Shown here: positions 10,976 through 25,238 of the stretch, piece after piece
Position numbering within the stretch: position 1 is the stretch's first letter
How the letters are laid out: every line of letters begins with the position of its first letter
Assembly: GCA_037379345.1 (NCBI GenBank)
Contig: CM074522.1
Coordinates: 37,515,288-37,579,287, forward strand
From: Perna viridis
Taxonomy: Eukaryota
Direction of reading: 5' to 3'
DNA length: 64,000 nt
Position numbers and translations under genes: made by a program
Notes under the pieces: model-generated
Told to the model about the DNA's origin: nothing
The model's input: only the letters and a program-made list of their open reading frames with translations
The model's database searches: none

Positions 10976-13419
10976 TGATTGCTAATTTTCTATCAAGTGA
11001 ACATATTCTCGGGTTATTTACTTTCGCGGTTTAAAATTCCGCGTGTAAAACATGTATTCTTTGCCTGTTTCTGTCTACTGCGAAAATAGCAAATATTAGT
11101 ACATCGAATGTTAAAATTTAATCTTTTGGTTCCAATAACTTTGTTTTGTTTGTCATGGGTTTGCTTTGTTGGTAGGTGAGTTGGTTTGTTTATTTTCATA
11201 TTTCTGAAGACTTATTTAATCACCGATCCAAAACGTAACTTTTCAAAAAATAATGATAAACTGAAAAATTGAAATTAACTTTAACATCCGCGAATATTTG
11301 CAAGCTACTGCAACTATCATTTAAACTACTTTCGTCTGTGTTCGGATATGGTTAGTAAGGGTTTTTTTGTAATATTATTAATCCGTTAATATCAATCTTA
11401 TTCGGAATGTTACTTTAGAATTTAAAAGTAAAAGCTCGTAATTATCACCCGATAAAATTCTTCGTACATGTACATCTAATTATTGATTATGGTATGAAGC
11501 GAGTTAAATTCACTTTTCATTGAGGAATGGGGTGTGGAGCAAAAGGGAATGAGGGTCAGGGCAATACATGCGTTACGATTGAGTGATTTATTGATTGATT
11601 GATCAAGAAACTTACATAAAGAAAGAAGTTCCAGGTGGCAGGCAAGGACTACACTATCTGTTCCATGTCAATATTTGCCGCTGCTAAACTTTTAAAAAAA
11701 GGTAGCATAACTCCGGAAACTACCCTGATCTATCACGCACTGTATCGTCTATTTTTCTCCAGTTACCGCCTCGTGACATCGGAAGCCGGAGATGGCAAAT
11801 AAAAATGACAATTTGCTTACAGACCATTGCATAGGAATTTCTATTACGCATTTCTAAGGAAAGGTGGTCTGCTAATATTGCCTTTTGTAATAATAATTCT
11901 ATTTGGCTACTTGGCAATGTGTTATAATGCTAGAGCTGTAGGTGCTTCAGGGCCTTAGAAGTGCATGGCGAGTGTTTCCTGCACCACCAGACATAATTGT
12001 TGAAATTTCATTGGTGTTTATGTTCCTGCTTTTATGCCTCTAATTCCAATTTGACGTTTATTCGAGGGGTAAAAATTCAAACAATCGATATCAATTCATT
12101 CAGTACATGAGTACTTTGGTTTACCTTGAAATCCTGAAAATGTTTCTTTGGGACTTTGTTCATTATTGTCTTCGTTCAGTTACTGTAAATTTACTCTTGT
12201 TGTCGGGCCTTCAATAGCTCCAACAGTGACCAAAAACAGACCACTGACAAAAAATGGATCATACAGCACAATGAAAATTAATACAATAATCACGAAACTA
12301 CCGGGTTAACTGCAGGTGCTATGTTAAAGTAAGTAGTTCTAGTTTTGTGCAATGTAACCGCCGTGCTGCACGTTCAGGGTCTTCTGGTAAAAGAGGAAAA
12401 ATCCCTGACAGATGCAGATTATTGAGCACATTGGAAACATGACTAGTTCATGGTGATCGTAGAACGACTTTAATTAATTTGTCTCACTTTCTTAGTATTT
12501 CCTCAGGTTCATTCATGGTGTTCTTGTTTGTTTTCATAATTTTTTCTTTGCTAGATTTTTAAACATTTGACGTTTGAATTTCTGATATAACTTTAACTAT
12601 TTTTATTGAATAACCTAGCTATTACTGGTATGATGACTTAAGTATCCAATGATATCAAGTTAGTTCTTAACCAAATATGTAGTCTAAACGTATCAAAATA
12701 AACTTAGAATTAGATTTAGTTTGGCCAGAGAGACATGAGGTCTAAATGGACGAAAGAGTAAATGCTACAGGCTGGATGCAATGATTTCCTAATGCAAGTA
12801 ATAACTGAAAGTTTTTGCCATCTTAAAGGTGCCCAGATGTTTTTGCATACATATTCTCAAATAAATAATTGAAATCGGAAAACTTAAATATCGGAAACAA
12901 TACATATTTCAATGTATGAAGCCTATCTGAAGTTATTTTATTTTGATGATTGTTTCCCTTGATATCTTACAAATATTTATATGTCACGTGTACTTTATCC
13001 TTTTCTGTATACAAAATAAACGAAACTGTATTTATCCATGTATGAATAGAATTGCCCTTCATTGGTGAGAACCCAGGCTATAAAATTATCTTCCCTCCAG
13101 TGAACAATCCCCTCTTCACAATGAGGGTTGGGTTGTTATGGTTACCAATTTATTAAAATGTTGCACAGGACAAGTATGGACACACCATTCAAGCTCGAAA
13201 CAGCTCTGAAATTTAACGAATTTGATCAGAATCAAAGTGGCCCTTTTTGTCATCTTATTCCTCGATAAGCACAAACTTCAAATCAATCCAAGCTAGCCTT
13301 CCTTTGTGGGCTTTACACCATTGATCGAATTTCAAAAAGATCCATTCACTGGACAGTAAAAATATAACATTAGGTGATGTGGTGAGATGTGATGTGATGT
13401 GTACTAATTCAGCTCAAGC

Positions 13420-16400
13420 AATAAGGAATCTTTTCGTGCATTTAACGAAGGAATATACAGTCCAACACAACCTGATATTGTTTTTCAGATATATTTTCTG
13501 CAAGACCAACAAGTAGATGTAGGTCTATATTGCTAAATTCAAGAACCCACTGTAGGTCGCTCATTAGTTTAGTTCTTGCATTGCTATAAAGAGGGCATAC
13601 AAAAACGTAATAGTCAGCAAAAATGTTTGGGAACAGTTATTTTTCACTGGTATTCAGTAAACACGATTTAAATTGTTTGGGTGCCTGAAACTCCCTTAAT
13701 GTTCTATCTAGTTTATTCCATTCAACTATTGTTGATGGAAAAAAGGATTTACGAGTCACCGAAAGCCTACAAAAAGGAACAATAATATCTTCACCATTCC
13801 GAAGCGGATATACTGTAGTAGATTGAATCTTCGATGGCATTAGATCATGTAAATAATCCGGAGCCATCTTATTATATATTTTATTAAATAAATTTATTTT
13901 TTTTACGTTTCCTTCCATCTTCTAGTTTTTCTCATCCAATTTCTCGATATACTTGCTCCGATTTGGTAAATATCGGTAAGCCAGTTATAATTCTAGCAGC
14001 TTCGAGTTGTGAAGTTTCTAGCTTTTGAGTGTTTACTATCCCACAATTATCCCAGACTTCTGAGGCATATTCAAATAAAGGTCAGATATACACTGTGAAT
14101 AGTTTTTTTTCTACGTGATTCCGAGAAAGTTTAAATTTGAATTTTCGAAGAATACTAAGATGCTTTCTATTCTAGGTATCTAGATTTTCTATGTGATCGT
14201 TCCATTTTGCGTCGTCACTAAAAGGCACTTCCAAATGTTTATGAGTTTTGTTAAGCGGAATGTCTTTTCCGTTCAGACTGAAATTCATAGTTGGAAGATC
14301 GACTTTTGAAAACATCATAATTTCTGTTTTTTGGGGGGGTTAAAGTCCATTAACCACGTTCTTGGCCATTTGTCCAACGATAAAAGATCGCGATCAATAT
14401 CATTTTTTATTTCTGTTATCATGTTGTTGCTTGAGTGGCCGAAAGATGTATCATCAGGAAAATCATACAAAGGTAAAATAGACTATCTCCTATGTCATAT
14501 ATATAAATTATGAATAAAAAGGGTGATAATACTGAGCCTTGCAGCACTCCGGCCAACGTATTGCAAAGATCTGACGAAGAAGTCTTTATGACTACCTGTT
14601 GTTTCCTATCTTTAAGATAGCTATGAAATCAATCCAAAAGTTTACCTTGTATGACATATGATTTCATTTTATGCAATAACCCCCGATGCCATACTTTATC
14701 AAAGGCCTTTGAGAAATAGCAAAATACAAAACATGATATTTCTTTCTTTTCCAATGAATTGAGTATATTGTTATACATTTCAATTAACTGATGAACTGTG
14801 GATCGTTCTGGTAGAAATTCCGATTGAAACTTATATATTAAATTGTTTGAATGAATTGGTTGTAAATGTACTTATAAACAACTCTTTCCATTACTTTCCC
14901 AACACAGAGAAATTTCTTATAAGAGAAATGGGTCTGTAATTAGAGGGTAATGAAGTATCACCTTTCTTGAAAATTGGAATCATGTTTCACAGTTTCCACT
15001 GCGAGGGAAATATACCGTACTGTAAGGATTTATTGAATATTAATTTTAGTTGCTTAGCAATAATTTCGGGGCATATTTTAACATCCTATAACTTATCAGG
15101 TCTGGTCCTGATGCTTTATTTAGCCTGAGAGTTTGAATGACGTCGACAATGTTCTGTAAAGTTGCTCTTGGTATATCAAGTCTGCACGAGTTTTAATTGG
15201 AAAATCAGGAAGATTTATGTTATCATCATCAAATTTCGAAATCGATGAGAAATACTTGTTTAATATGTTACACTTATCTTCGTCTCTATAAGCGTTTGCT
15301 TCTACACTGCGGTCATTGATAATGTTTTGTAAGAGTGGCAATTCATTGGAACCTTTGTTTGATTTGATTAATATTTTCATTATTTTTCAGTATGCCTTAG
15401 GATTCGATGTGTGTTCTATTATAATATTATCTAAATTATTTTCAATTTTTTCTTCCAGTGATTGTTTAAGATTGTTAACTTTATTCCTTTGTGTTTCATA
15501 CCGTGCTTTATCGGAATCGCGTCCAAACTTTTGCACTTTTTTCCATAGTCAATCTCTTATACGAATTTCTTTACGAATTTGGTAATTAAACCATGTCTTG
15601 TCACGACTGCGGATGGTAACGTGTTTTTGATGGTATGCTGTCACCAGCAATTGTCTGAAATCTTTCAGTAAATATTTCGCTAGTTTCGTCAACAGATTTC
15701 CCGTTAAACAACTCAAACCAGTCTGTATCGCGCATCATCTCGGAAAACTTATAGACATTCTCATGATCATATAGCCAGAATTTCCGTTTAAAAGATCGAA
15801 AAGTCGTTAAGATAAGAGTTGGTAAGAAACACCGAAAAAAATATTCATTTAGAGCTGCACATAAAATTTACCGCACTGAAGTTGTAGTACAGTTCACTTT
15901 TCACTATTGAAAAGTGAATGGTAAACTAGTTTACTATTCATTATTCGAACCTACATGATCAAACAGGTCATTAAGTAGATATCTACTTCAAGACTATCTA
16001 GATGAATATCTTACTTTTCAAGATTATGAAATGAACAAGCCGTTAATATTTCAACGGTATCATAAAATTTACATGGCACATAGAAAAAGGAAGATAAGAA
16101 AAGTGAATTAACATAATCAGGGAGGTCAAGAGTGTTTGAAATGTAAACAAAAGCGGTAAATTTCTATTTCAAGGGGGTGGTTTTATTTATAAACAATCGT
16201 ATGGATCTGATAGTATTTAGACTAGCAAGTTTGTTGAAATACTGTAGAGTTTATCACAAAGAACATCGCATAATAATTTGAGATATATAATAAAAATAAG
16301 CAATATTAAATACAAAAAACAAAAACAAAAACAAGCAAACAATTTAATATTATGCAAGTTTGTCATAAGGTTCGGATTTACATTTTTGGAATTATGAAAA

Positions 16401-16860
16401 TTGGAGGTCACTTTGATCGGAAGTTATACGTTTTGTTCATTACTGTTAGAGAAACCATTTGAGTATTGGTCTTAACCCCAGATCTTCATGCAGTCGCATC
16501 CTCCTTTCAATTACCGCAATCTCATCGAAGTTATTGACAATACGCTTTTCTGTTTCTTTTACATATATTCTACCGTCGATTTTCCAGTAGGCATTTACAA
16601 GTTTGTTTTATTTGAGTTCAGCAAGCCTTTTTTTTCAGTCAAGTTGGTTCTGTGTTGGGTGAGGTTTTCAGTGATAAACGTACCATTTGGATCATTTTTC
16701 AGTAGTTTTTTTGTTGGAATAAACCTGGCGTGGGATTCTATATATATGAAATGAACTTAACAGTAACCTTGGACTTGCCATTGAAGGGTTTTCCAATTAC
16801 ATGGGTCCTCCCAATGTCATTAATTATTAAGCCGAGTCCTAGTTTGTTGTTACATACATC
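13420..16860 (-). mobile_element. Decayed CR1/L2-group LINE (ORF1 and ORF2 remnants)
   Basis: RT motifs FSKAFDKVWHRGLLHKM (~14700), AGVLQGSVL (~14540), FPDDTS (~14450); C-terminal SFFPSTIVEWNKL; ORF1-like DIGRTHVIG...VTVKFISY and FITENLT at ~16660-16830; many stops and frameshifts; ends approximate. Confidence 0.85.
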
Positions 16861-17194
16861 GCGCATTCGCTGATCAGTGTCAACAGGGTTCACTACTCTT
16901 CCCCTATTTCCACAGGCACAGGAATATTATGGAATCGTAGTCATCGTCTATCATGAAAATGCTTGTTTCTTCGTTCTTTTTTTTTACCCAAAACAGTTTG
17001 AATTACAACCATCAAAATCAACCCAAACTTTCTTGTTGCGGTATGGCACCGTGTCATTAAATTTCATAAAGACCTATATACCTATACTCAAGTTATTGTC
17101 CAGACATGAAGTGTCTTTGGATGACGATGATGGCAGCATGTAAGAACTTTTTGCAGTCCTATAAAAAATAAAAGTGACACATAATTTGACATAT

Positions 17195-20100
17195 TTTATT
17201 TAAGTTTTGTCAACAGTAAGAGAACATGTGTAGTTGGTATATATTGCTAATACTTAATTCTACTCACATTTACAACCATCACAAAATATAATACAATGAA
17301 ACCTGTCTAATCAGAACAACCCGTCTAAACCAACCTACAACATGTAATTATAACCTGTTTAAACAAGACACTGGTCAAAATAACAACAAATCTTTTTCTT
17401 TGATTCAGTTTGTCTAGTTCTGTTTAAACAGATCTCATTGTTATATCTTTCACTCACAAGTAGATGTGAACAAATTAAATTTGATTGGTTTCGACAGAGA
17501 ATGCTTACTGATATACCTATGTGTTACACTGCCATACAACACAGTACTATGTAGCAAAGTATTTCGTGGGTTATGTAAATATGGATGAATATAAAACAAT
17601 TCTGGTATTGTATCTTTCAAATTCCTATAATGAATGTAAAATTTGAACAAAATAATAACTTATATTGTTTGATAAATTTGTAAACTGAAGTTCTAAAAAA
17701 CTTCGTTATGCAAGTGGAAGTGGATAGATTTCTGCATAAAAAACAAAAAGGGACAGGGTCTTTTTTTTTAATTTAATGACAATCATTAAAAAAATAATCC
17801 AACTGGAATGTGAAACAACAAATTATTTAAGTTATATCTTTGACAGAGAAATGAATTACCCTGGATTTCACTGAACACCACAAAAACATCCATAAAAATA
17901 AGTACAATATCAGAAAGTCAATTTATGACCTTTGACCTAAAAAGTTACATGCAAACAAAAATAAGTACTGTTCTAAAAATAGTTCAAAAAATGACCACCA
18001 GTCATTTAGTAATTAATAAATGAAGAACAAAACAGAGACTGACTATCAGTAAAAGTTTTACTTCAGACCTTGAAGAATGTTAACAATCATTGTTCACCAA
18101 ATACATGTTCTAGTTTTCACCTGTTTATTCAGTAAAGCTGAGTCATGATATTGAATAAAATGAATAAATCTCTTCTGACAAAAATCAAAACCAATAATTA
18201 TCTATGCTATTAACAGTGGCAACATCAGCTGAACAACCTTAAATTTACAGTATTTGGTTTAAAAAATTATAAAAAAATAACTTAAAAGCCTTTGATAAAC
18301 TGATACAAATATCATTAAAATGTAATGTAAAAACAAAAGGCTGTAGATATCACCCTTTGTTAGTTCTCTGACTCAATATGATAAAAACAAAAAATAATGT
18401 TCTCTCAACAATATACACATGATAATAAGTATCAAAATTTGTGATTTGCGTATCAATATTTACAGCACTATCATTTTTTTCTTTATTTACAATATGAATT
18501 ATATATATATACAGTCAATACATCAATGGAATGAAGATGAACAAAATAATGGGCAGAACGTCAGCAAAAAAATATAATAACATAACCTGTAACTGGTTTC
18601 ATTTTTTTCATAGGATTTTTTTTCCTTTTTTTCATTTTATTGTGTAAATGAATGCACCAACTGAAATAATTCATATCAGACACATGTATGTTCAAACTGA
18701 AATCAATTAATTTAGACTGAGTTTAAAGATGTGTACATGTATATTCAAATTTAAATTATCAATTCAGATTCTGAGTTTAAAATTTTAAGTTATTCTTCTT
18801 ATATTTTTTTTTATTGAAATACAATATAAAGAAATAATGTGTGTATTAACTAAATTTGGTTTGAACATTCATCTGTGTATCAGCAAATAAAATAAATCTC
18901 TGGTATATTCGTTACTTGTCATCTTGATTAAATTTTTACTGTAGTTCAATTTCATGAATAAGAGAAGTACAGTAAAATGAAGACTTAAATGCTTGCATAG
19001 GACAATTAACTAAAAAGGCAATATCTTTTTACTGTTTAAACATCTTGGTAAAGCTGTTCAGTTTTGTGAGGTAAACTGTTAGTGCAAAGGGGAATAAATC
19101 TATTCCTTTACTAGCTACATAGTCACATTAGTTGGTGAGAAAATGAAATGTGCATAAAAAATGTATACAACCTACAATAACTGTAAAATGCAGAACAAAA
19201 AACTGCTAAAAATAGCACCTACATTTATAGAAATTACAAAATCAAAAAATTGTATATCAACAAGGTAATACAAACCAATGGATATGATATGTGTAAAACA
19301 AACAGTATTTTCTGCCATTTTAAAATGTAAATTTGTTTTGCCAAATAATCAAAAAAGCCTTTACAGTAATGTGTGCCATTCCAAGCTATCAAAATATCGC
19401 ATAATTTGTCACACAGTTGTGTTAATTAATAAATCCAGGCAGAAGAGATTTTTTTGTATTTGAATTTCTTTCTTTACCCATTTTTATGCAAAATATAATA
19501 AAAGCAGAATTTTTCCAAATTAGTAAATTTCATGTTCTTAACCCATTAAACACTGTTGCAGACTATTTTTTGTTTTTGTAACTTCAAGAAACAAAAAAAA
19601 CTCTTCTACTTTATCAAAACTATTGGTTTTTTTTTAGGATTCAAATGATGATTCAAGAGATACACAGTTTTTCTATCAGTCCATTATTTGCTTGTTCTCT
19701 TATTTAAACCCTGTAATTTTACTCTTGTTGAATTCAAATGTTGTGAAATTATAATTGTTTATGGGATTCCAGTTTTCTTGGTCTTCTAACTCAGTTGAAT
19801 AAGAGTTGTCAAATCATTAATTACAAGTGTATGAATTTTTTTTCCAAAGCATGCAAACAAAAATGTTTACAATGCTTAACAAGCCAATGTTTCTTGTAAC
19901 TTTTGAAATTCCAAGAACATTTTATCTGACCGTCAACCTTGCTAAAAATAAAAAAAGAACAAGCTACTGTTCATTTAACAAATCATCAAAATAATGCAAT
20001 ATACAAATTTACTAACCAATTTCTTATCAATTTTGAAATGTACAATTAGACCCTTAAATTTAATTTCACACATATTCAAAATTGCCTTAGAACAGACGAT

Positions 20101-20683
20101 TTGAATCTAACAAAATAAAGATCTAGTATAGATAGAAAATTGACAACAAATCAATTATAATCAAAACATTGCCACACTGGACTTCCTGTCACAACAGGAA
20201 GCTGACAACAACAAAAAAACAAGTAAAAATCATATAAAAGCAGCATATCACAATAAATATTGTAGACTATGTACATGTCATGACTGTTCTACATGTAAAC
20301 CTTTATGGTTATTGGATAGTCCCTATCAAAGGGAGGTAAATGTGCAATACTGGTTACCAGTTTGACTGGTTCAATTATGAATTCATACATTTTTCTGTAT
20401 ATATCACATGATTCGTTTCACGATTCATTTCTCCTCAGAGAGTAACATTACCACTGTAACTTAGACATTCTGTCTGTCCAAGCCTCCACCAGTTGTGGTC
20501 AATATTTGGCTGGCTTATATTAAAGCATGCAAGGTCTTGTACTGCTACAGGGGTGTGGCCTAAGCTTTTTGTGGACACCAAGAAGAATTCATGTTTTGCA
20601 CTTTTAGCACAATAATAGCATTACATTCACACAGTTACATTTCATGTATCACAAAGGAGCTGGTTACAACCAAATAATCACTG
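17195..20683 (-). other. Putative long 3' UTR of Eph
   Basis: Largely repeat-free, U-rich (sense) stretch from the stop codon to an AATAAA at 17195-17200; other AATAAA occur inside, so the end is uncertain. Confidence 0.4.
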
Positions 20684-20966
20684 CTATACTAAGAAACCCT
20701 CAGACATATTTTGAATACGAGGTCCATATAGTTGGGTCCTTAGAGTCTGTATTGAGTTCATTATTTTCTTCTGGTGTCCAATCAAAGTCACACCTAAACC
20801 TTCTAAGTCACGTAATGTTATCGTAGAGACTTGTTCCATTGTCCGATATCCTGCATTCAGGAAGTTTTGTATATACCTGTCCATTTTGATAGAGATTAAC
20901 CATCCCTCCACACTACTGAATCGTGAAACTTCATTTACAGGGTTTAAGTCCATTAACAAATCAGCT
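20684..20966 (-). CDS. Eph: Eph receptor tyrosine kinase, last exon (SAM domain, PDZ-binding-type terminus)
   Basis: CAG|ADLLMDLNP...SVEGWLISIKMDRYIQNF...LGVTLIGHQKKIMNSIQ...NMSEGFLV*. Confidence 0.96.
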
Positions 20967-21504
20967 CTGGTTAAAAAAAAAAGATATAAAAGTTATAATG
21001 TGCAAAAACTTTGCTTCAGTATTAAGTACAAACAGTCATGTATTTTATGTTAATAAATGTAGGACAGACCTGAAATCCAATCCCACGATATAAAACCCCA
21101 CACTATAGTTTTGTGTATAAAATATCTAGTGGCTGTTACAGTTGCTGAGAAAAATGTTATGAAAATGTGGCATTCACCTATAAGCCGATTTGCATAATTG
21201 CAACCAAGCCAAAAATGTTCTAGTACAATTGTTAAGGCTTAAACCTAATATATTTCTCTTCAATGTTCACAAAATTGGTACCCAAGTAGATGTACCCAAG
21301 TAGATGTATTAGATTCAAAATAACTGCAGCTATTCCAACAAAACATTTTTTTTTGTTTTTTTATCTTCAACATTATCACATTATTTGATGTAAGTTCTCA
21401 ACCATTGTATCAGGTTTTAATTATTTTGTTGATAAGTGTCAAGTTTTTAATATATAAACATTGAACAATGAAGTATGATATTTTATCAAATGTAAGTGAC
21501 ATAC

Positions 21505-21647
21505 CTAGGTTTAGCAATTTTCTTGAGTAATTCTGGCGCTCGGATAAATTTATCATGTGACCTGACCACCTGTGTAAACTTTGGTCTGTTTCCTCTTTCC
21601 TTCTGCCAACAATCTAGCATCAATTGATGGATAGCTTCTGGACAATC
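21505..21647 (-). CDS. Eph: Eph kinase C-lobe exon
   Basis: CAG|DCPEAIHQLMLDCWQKERGNRPKF...KIAKP|GTATG; 143 nt. Confidence 0.96.
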
Positions 21648-22011
21648 CTGAAAAACGGACAAGAGTTCTCTTTCTTCAACTGTATTCATATAAAGGCTAC
21701 ACTACAAGTAGCAACAACAAATTTTGTGAGGATAATTAGTAACTTGATTTTTTTTCCATACAAAAAGTAAATAAATTTTTTATGGATAAAAAACTTCACA
21801 GACAAATATTGATTTTATAGAATTTTGCACATGAAAAAAAATATCACCAATACTGTCACTGCAAATGAAGACAACATTGTAATGTTAATATTTATGACTT
21901 ATTTCATTCATACAAATTTTTGTCAATTAACTGAATTTTGAAACTGAGGTCAATACATTCTAGACCTTATTTTTCAAATGGATATAGAATGACTGGTAAA
22001 ACAGCAGTTAC

Positions 22012-22206
22012 CATTGGGGGTGGAAGTCTAAACCCTCTTTCCACTGCCTGTATCACATATTGGTTAGACCAGTTCCAATATGGCCTCTCTCCATATGATA
22101 TTATCTCCCACATCACCACTCCATAACTCCAAATATCAGAAGCTGAAGTAAACTTTCGGAAAGCTATTGCCTCAGGTGCTGTCCATCTCACAGGAATTTT
22201 TCCTCC
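22012..22206 (-). CDS. Eph: Eph kinase exon (subdomains VIII-X)
   Basis: TAG|[34 protein letters not shown]...RLPPPM|GTAAC; 195 nt. Confidence 0.97.
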
Positions 22207-22505
22207 CTACAAGCATAAAAATAGGTTCAAGAAAATCTCTTATAAAATAAATAGATGTTCTGACAATTTTATATAATTGAAATAAAACATCCAAAGGTAT
22301 AGCATGGTACTTGCACGCAAATAATAGCAAGTGACTTTTTTAAATGGATAAAAATGTTATCGTACAATACCAAGGAAAGATGAAAAATATCACCTCTTTC
22401 TGTATTTGTTCTTCATTATATATCAAATGTACTTATAAAACTCATTTTAATCTTTCAAAATTAGGAATAAATAAACATGCATTATTTTATCCCAATTTCT
22501 AATCA

Positions 22506-22711
22506 TAAGAAGGTAGACCTAGGGTATGGGGCATAAATCTTGAAATCAGCAATATGTTTGTACCATATTCAATTCCACCAAAGCCTATCAAGCTTTTACT
22601 TGAAAAAAGAATGAAATCAGTCTAAGTTACTTTGATGCTTACATGATGCAGAAGACAAATATTAAAATGATTTGTAAGAGTTGTGTCCCTTACCCTAGGT
22701 CTACCTCCTTA
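22506..22711. mobile_element. MITE with terminal inverted repeats
   Basis: TAAGAAGGTAGACCTAGGGTA (22506-22526) vs TACCCTAGGTCTACCTCCTTA (22691-22711), 20/21 match, extending imperfectly inward; TTAA-like ends. Confidence 0.75.
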
Positions 22712-22759
22712 AATAATACAGCTCTGGAAACCAAATATTTCTCTGACAGAGTTACCTAC

Positions 22760-22873
22760 CTTAGTTGTATAAGCACCCTCTGATGTATCAATATCTATTT
22801 CTCTAGAAAGACCAAAGTCAGCTACTTTACATACTAAGTTCTCTCCAATCAATATATTTCTGGCAGCAAGGTC
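22760..22873 (-). CDS. Eph: Eph kinase exon (catalytic and activation loops)
   Basis: CAG|[38 protein letters not shown]|GTAGG; 114 nt. Confidence 0.97.
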
Positions 22874-22902
22874 CTGCAATGGAGAATAACACTTGCAGAA
22901 TA

Positions 22903-23125
22903 GGTGTCAGTACCATGTTTGTATAGTGTCAGTACAGTATCAGTATAGTTAGCATGGAGTAAGTACTATGTTTTACAATGTCAGTACTGTGTATGATGTC
23001 AGTACCATGTTTGTATAGTGTCAGTACTGTGAGCATATGGCTTCAGTATCATATTTGTATAGTGTCAGTACTGGTAAGTATGGTGTCAGTACCTTGTTTG
23101 TATAGTGTCAGTACCATGCAAATAT
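22903..23125. repeat. Minisatellite, ~22-bp unit
   Basis: GTGTCAGTACCATGTTTGTATA repeated with variants. Confidence 0.85.
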
Positions 23126-23273
23126 GGTGCCATTGATTGTAACAGTACCTTTTATTCCATGATTTTTTACACCCTTATTTTCCAAATAGATATAGACTTT
23201 AGTTTCAATTTTACCGTAAGATGAGTTTTTTTCACTGCAGGTCAGTTATATATTACAACATCATTATACTCAC

Positions 23274-23372
23274 CCTATGTACATATCCCATTTCTGACAA
23301 GTAACTCATACCAGAGGCAATACCTCTCATCATACCAACAAGCTGTATTACTGTAAATTTACCATCATTTGT
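23274..23372 (-). CDS. Eph: Eph kinase exon
   Basis: CAG|[33 protein letters not shown]|GTGAG; 99 nt. Confidence 0.97.
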
Positions 23373-24724
23373 CTGAAAAATACAATAATTTATATTACCA
23401 AAAACTGGTCTTGGATAAAGGTTGAGTATGGATGGTTCATTGTGCCATACAAAAAGGGTAAAAAAAGAAAGTATCTTTAGAAAGACAAAAAAATATAAAG
23501 AGTATATCATCACCAAAACTAAAACTGAATGAGTGAGGAGGGATCAAACTTAGTGAATTTTACAAACTGTTTTTGTCGGCAACTTTCTACATCTTTGAGG
23601 GGAAAAAAAAACAAAACCATTGTTGCCTTTACTGTTAGATTTAAAGTCTCATTGGCATTTATATCTTTATTTTATCTCACCGATTGGTTTATGACTTTAT
23701 CTTATTGAACCTTTTACAATGGAAAGTATTCTTTAAGCTTTGGATCCCATCAGAAATCCTATTTGTATCCTAACCCAATATTTACACAATGGGATTCAAG
23801 TCAATTTTATGCAAGGTCATTATAGGCACAGACAACAAAAAGAAATAAGATTTCTATAAAAATTCATCTATCCAATAAAAACCCCTAGCTATTCTTAAAA
23901 CCACTGTGATCGTGCATGTAATAAAAATCATTACAGCCTGATTATCTGCCCTTTTCTAACGATGAGTGATGGCAAGAGGAATTAATGGACAATTACATTA
24001 GATTTGTAATACAGTGTCATAAATCACTTGGTCATATCCTGCTGTCTTGAACTATTATTCCTTGTATTGATGATGTATTTTGGCAATGACAAAATAAAAT
24101 GAAAACAAATGTATTAAGTCTGGAACATTTGTGTTCTCTTCAGAGTTAATCAAAATGGAAGATTAATTCAAACTTACAATACAGTTAGTATTTGCACGAT
24201 CTCCCAACAAAATAATAAAACTCCCGGAAAACTCATTCTGCAGTTGATTTATCCATTCATTTAATGATAATTTCCATCACCATGGCGAGAGCATTGGATG
24301 AGCCGAAACAAGACAATAAAAAAGTTTAAAAAGCTGTGGGTTTAATTTAAATGGGTTAATTTATCATTAAAATTGATGGTCCCTAACAATAAGTCTGTCA
24401 TTCTCAAGTTGCCATGGTGATCACTGCAATGCATGTTAAAGGAATATTTCTTATATGACTGGTTTCTTAGACTTCTTCATAGTCTTTTTAATACAAACAA
24501 TAGTTTGGCTAATAATAGACTGAACACTTCAATTATCTAATTACATAAAATTTGTGTAGGTAAGAGGAGTAATCAATCTTGTAAAAATTATGTTAATTAG
24601 AATTTTTTATAAGCAAACATTAATATCATAATCATTAATGAAATAATTAGATTCAATGTTGATCAGGTCTGCAAAGAAGGTGTGAAAACTGCAAATATTT
24701 ACAGCATGGAAACATTTTTATTTT

Positions 24725-24985
24725 TCAGACTACCTGAATTTGTTTGGATTTCTTCAGAATACCTGTATTTTTTTTTGGTATTATTCAGACTACTGGTATT
24801 TTGTTGGTATTCTTCAGAACTAAATTACCACCATTTATTTGTTAATTCTTCAGAACTAACAGTATATTTTTGATATTCTCCAGAACTACCAGTATATTTT
24901 TGGTATTCTCCAGAACTACCAGTATATTTTTGGTATTCTTCAGAACTACCAGTATATTTTTGGTATTCTTCAGACTACTGGTATT
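24725..24985. repeat. Minisatellite, 30-bp unit x~8
   Basis: TTCTTCAGAACTACCAGTATATTTTTGGTA repeated. Confidence 0.9.
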
Positions 24986-25238
24986 GACAAAAATTAACTT
25001 TCCTCAGACAGGCAAGTCAATACATTAATCTGGTCTGATCAATTTTAATGGAAATAATTATTTATTTTTAATTAGATTATGCAAAATAAATATAAACATG
25101 ATTTATAAACTAATTAAAAGATGTAATTCATGAATCACTGTGATTCCATCCTTTATTATTCATAGTGCAAGTCTTTTTTCTTGTGATTACAACATAAGTA
25201 TCTAACAATGGCAGAAATCATCCTTTAATTATATTCTC

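Noticed and set aside
21555-21557. His in VVRSHDK where Eph kinases usually have Leu
   Set aside because: A single-base difference that could be a polymorphism or an assembly error; catalytic motifs are intact, so no pseudokinase call.
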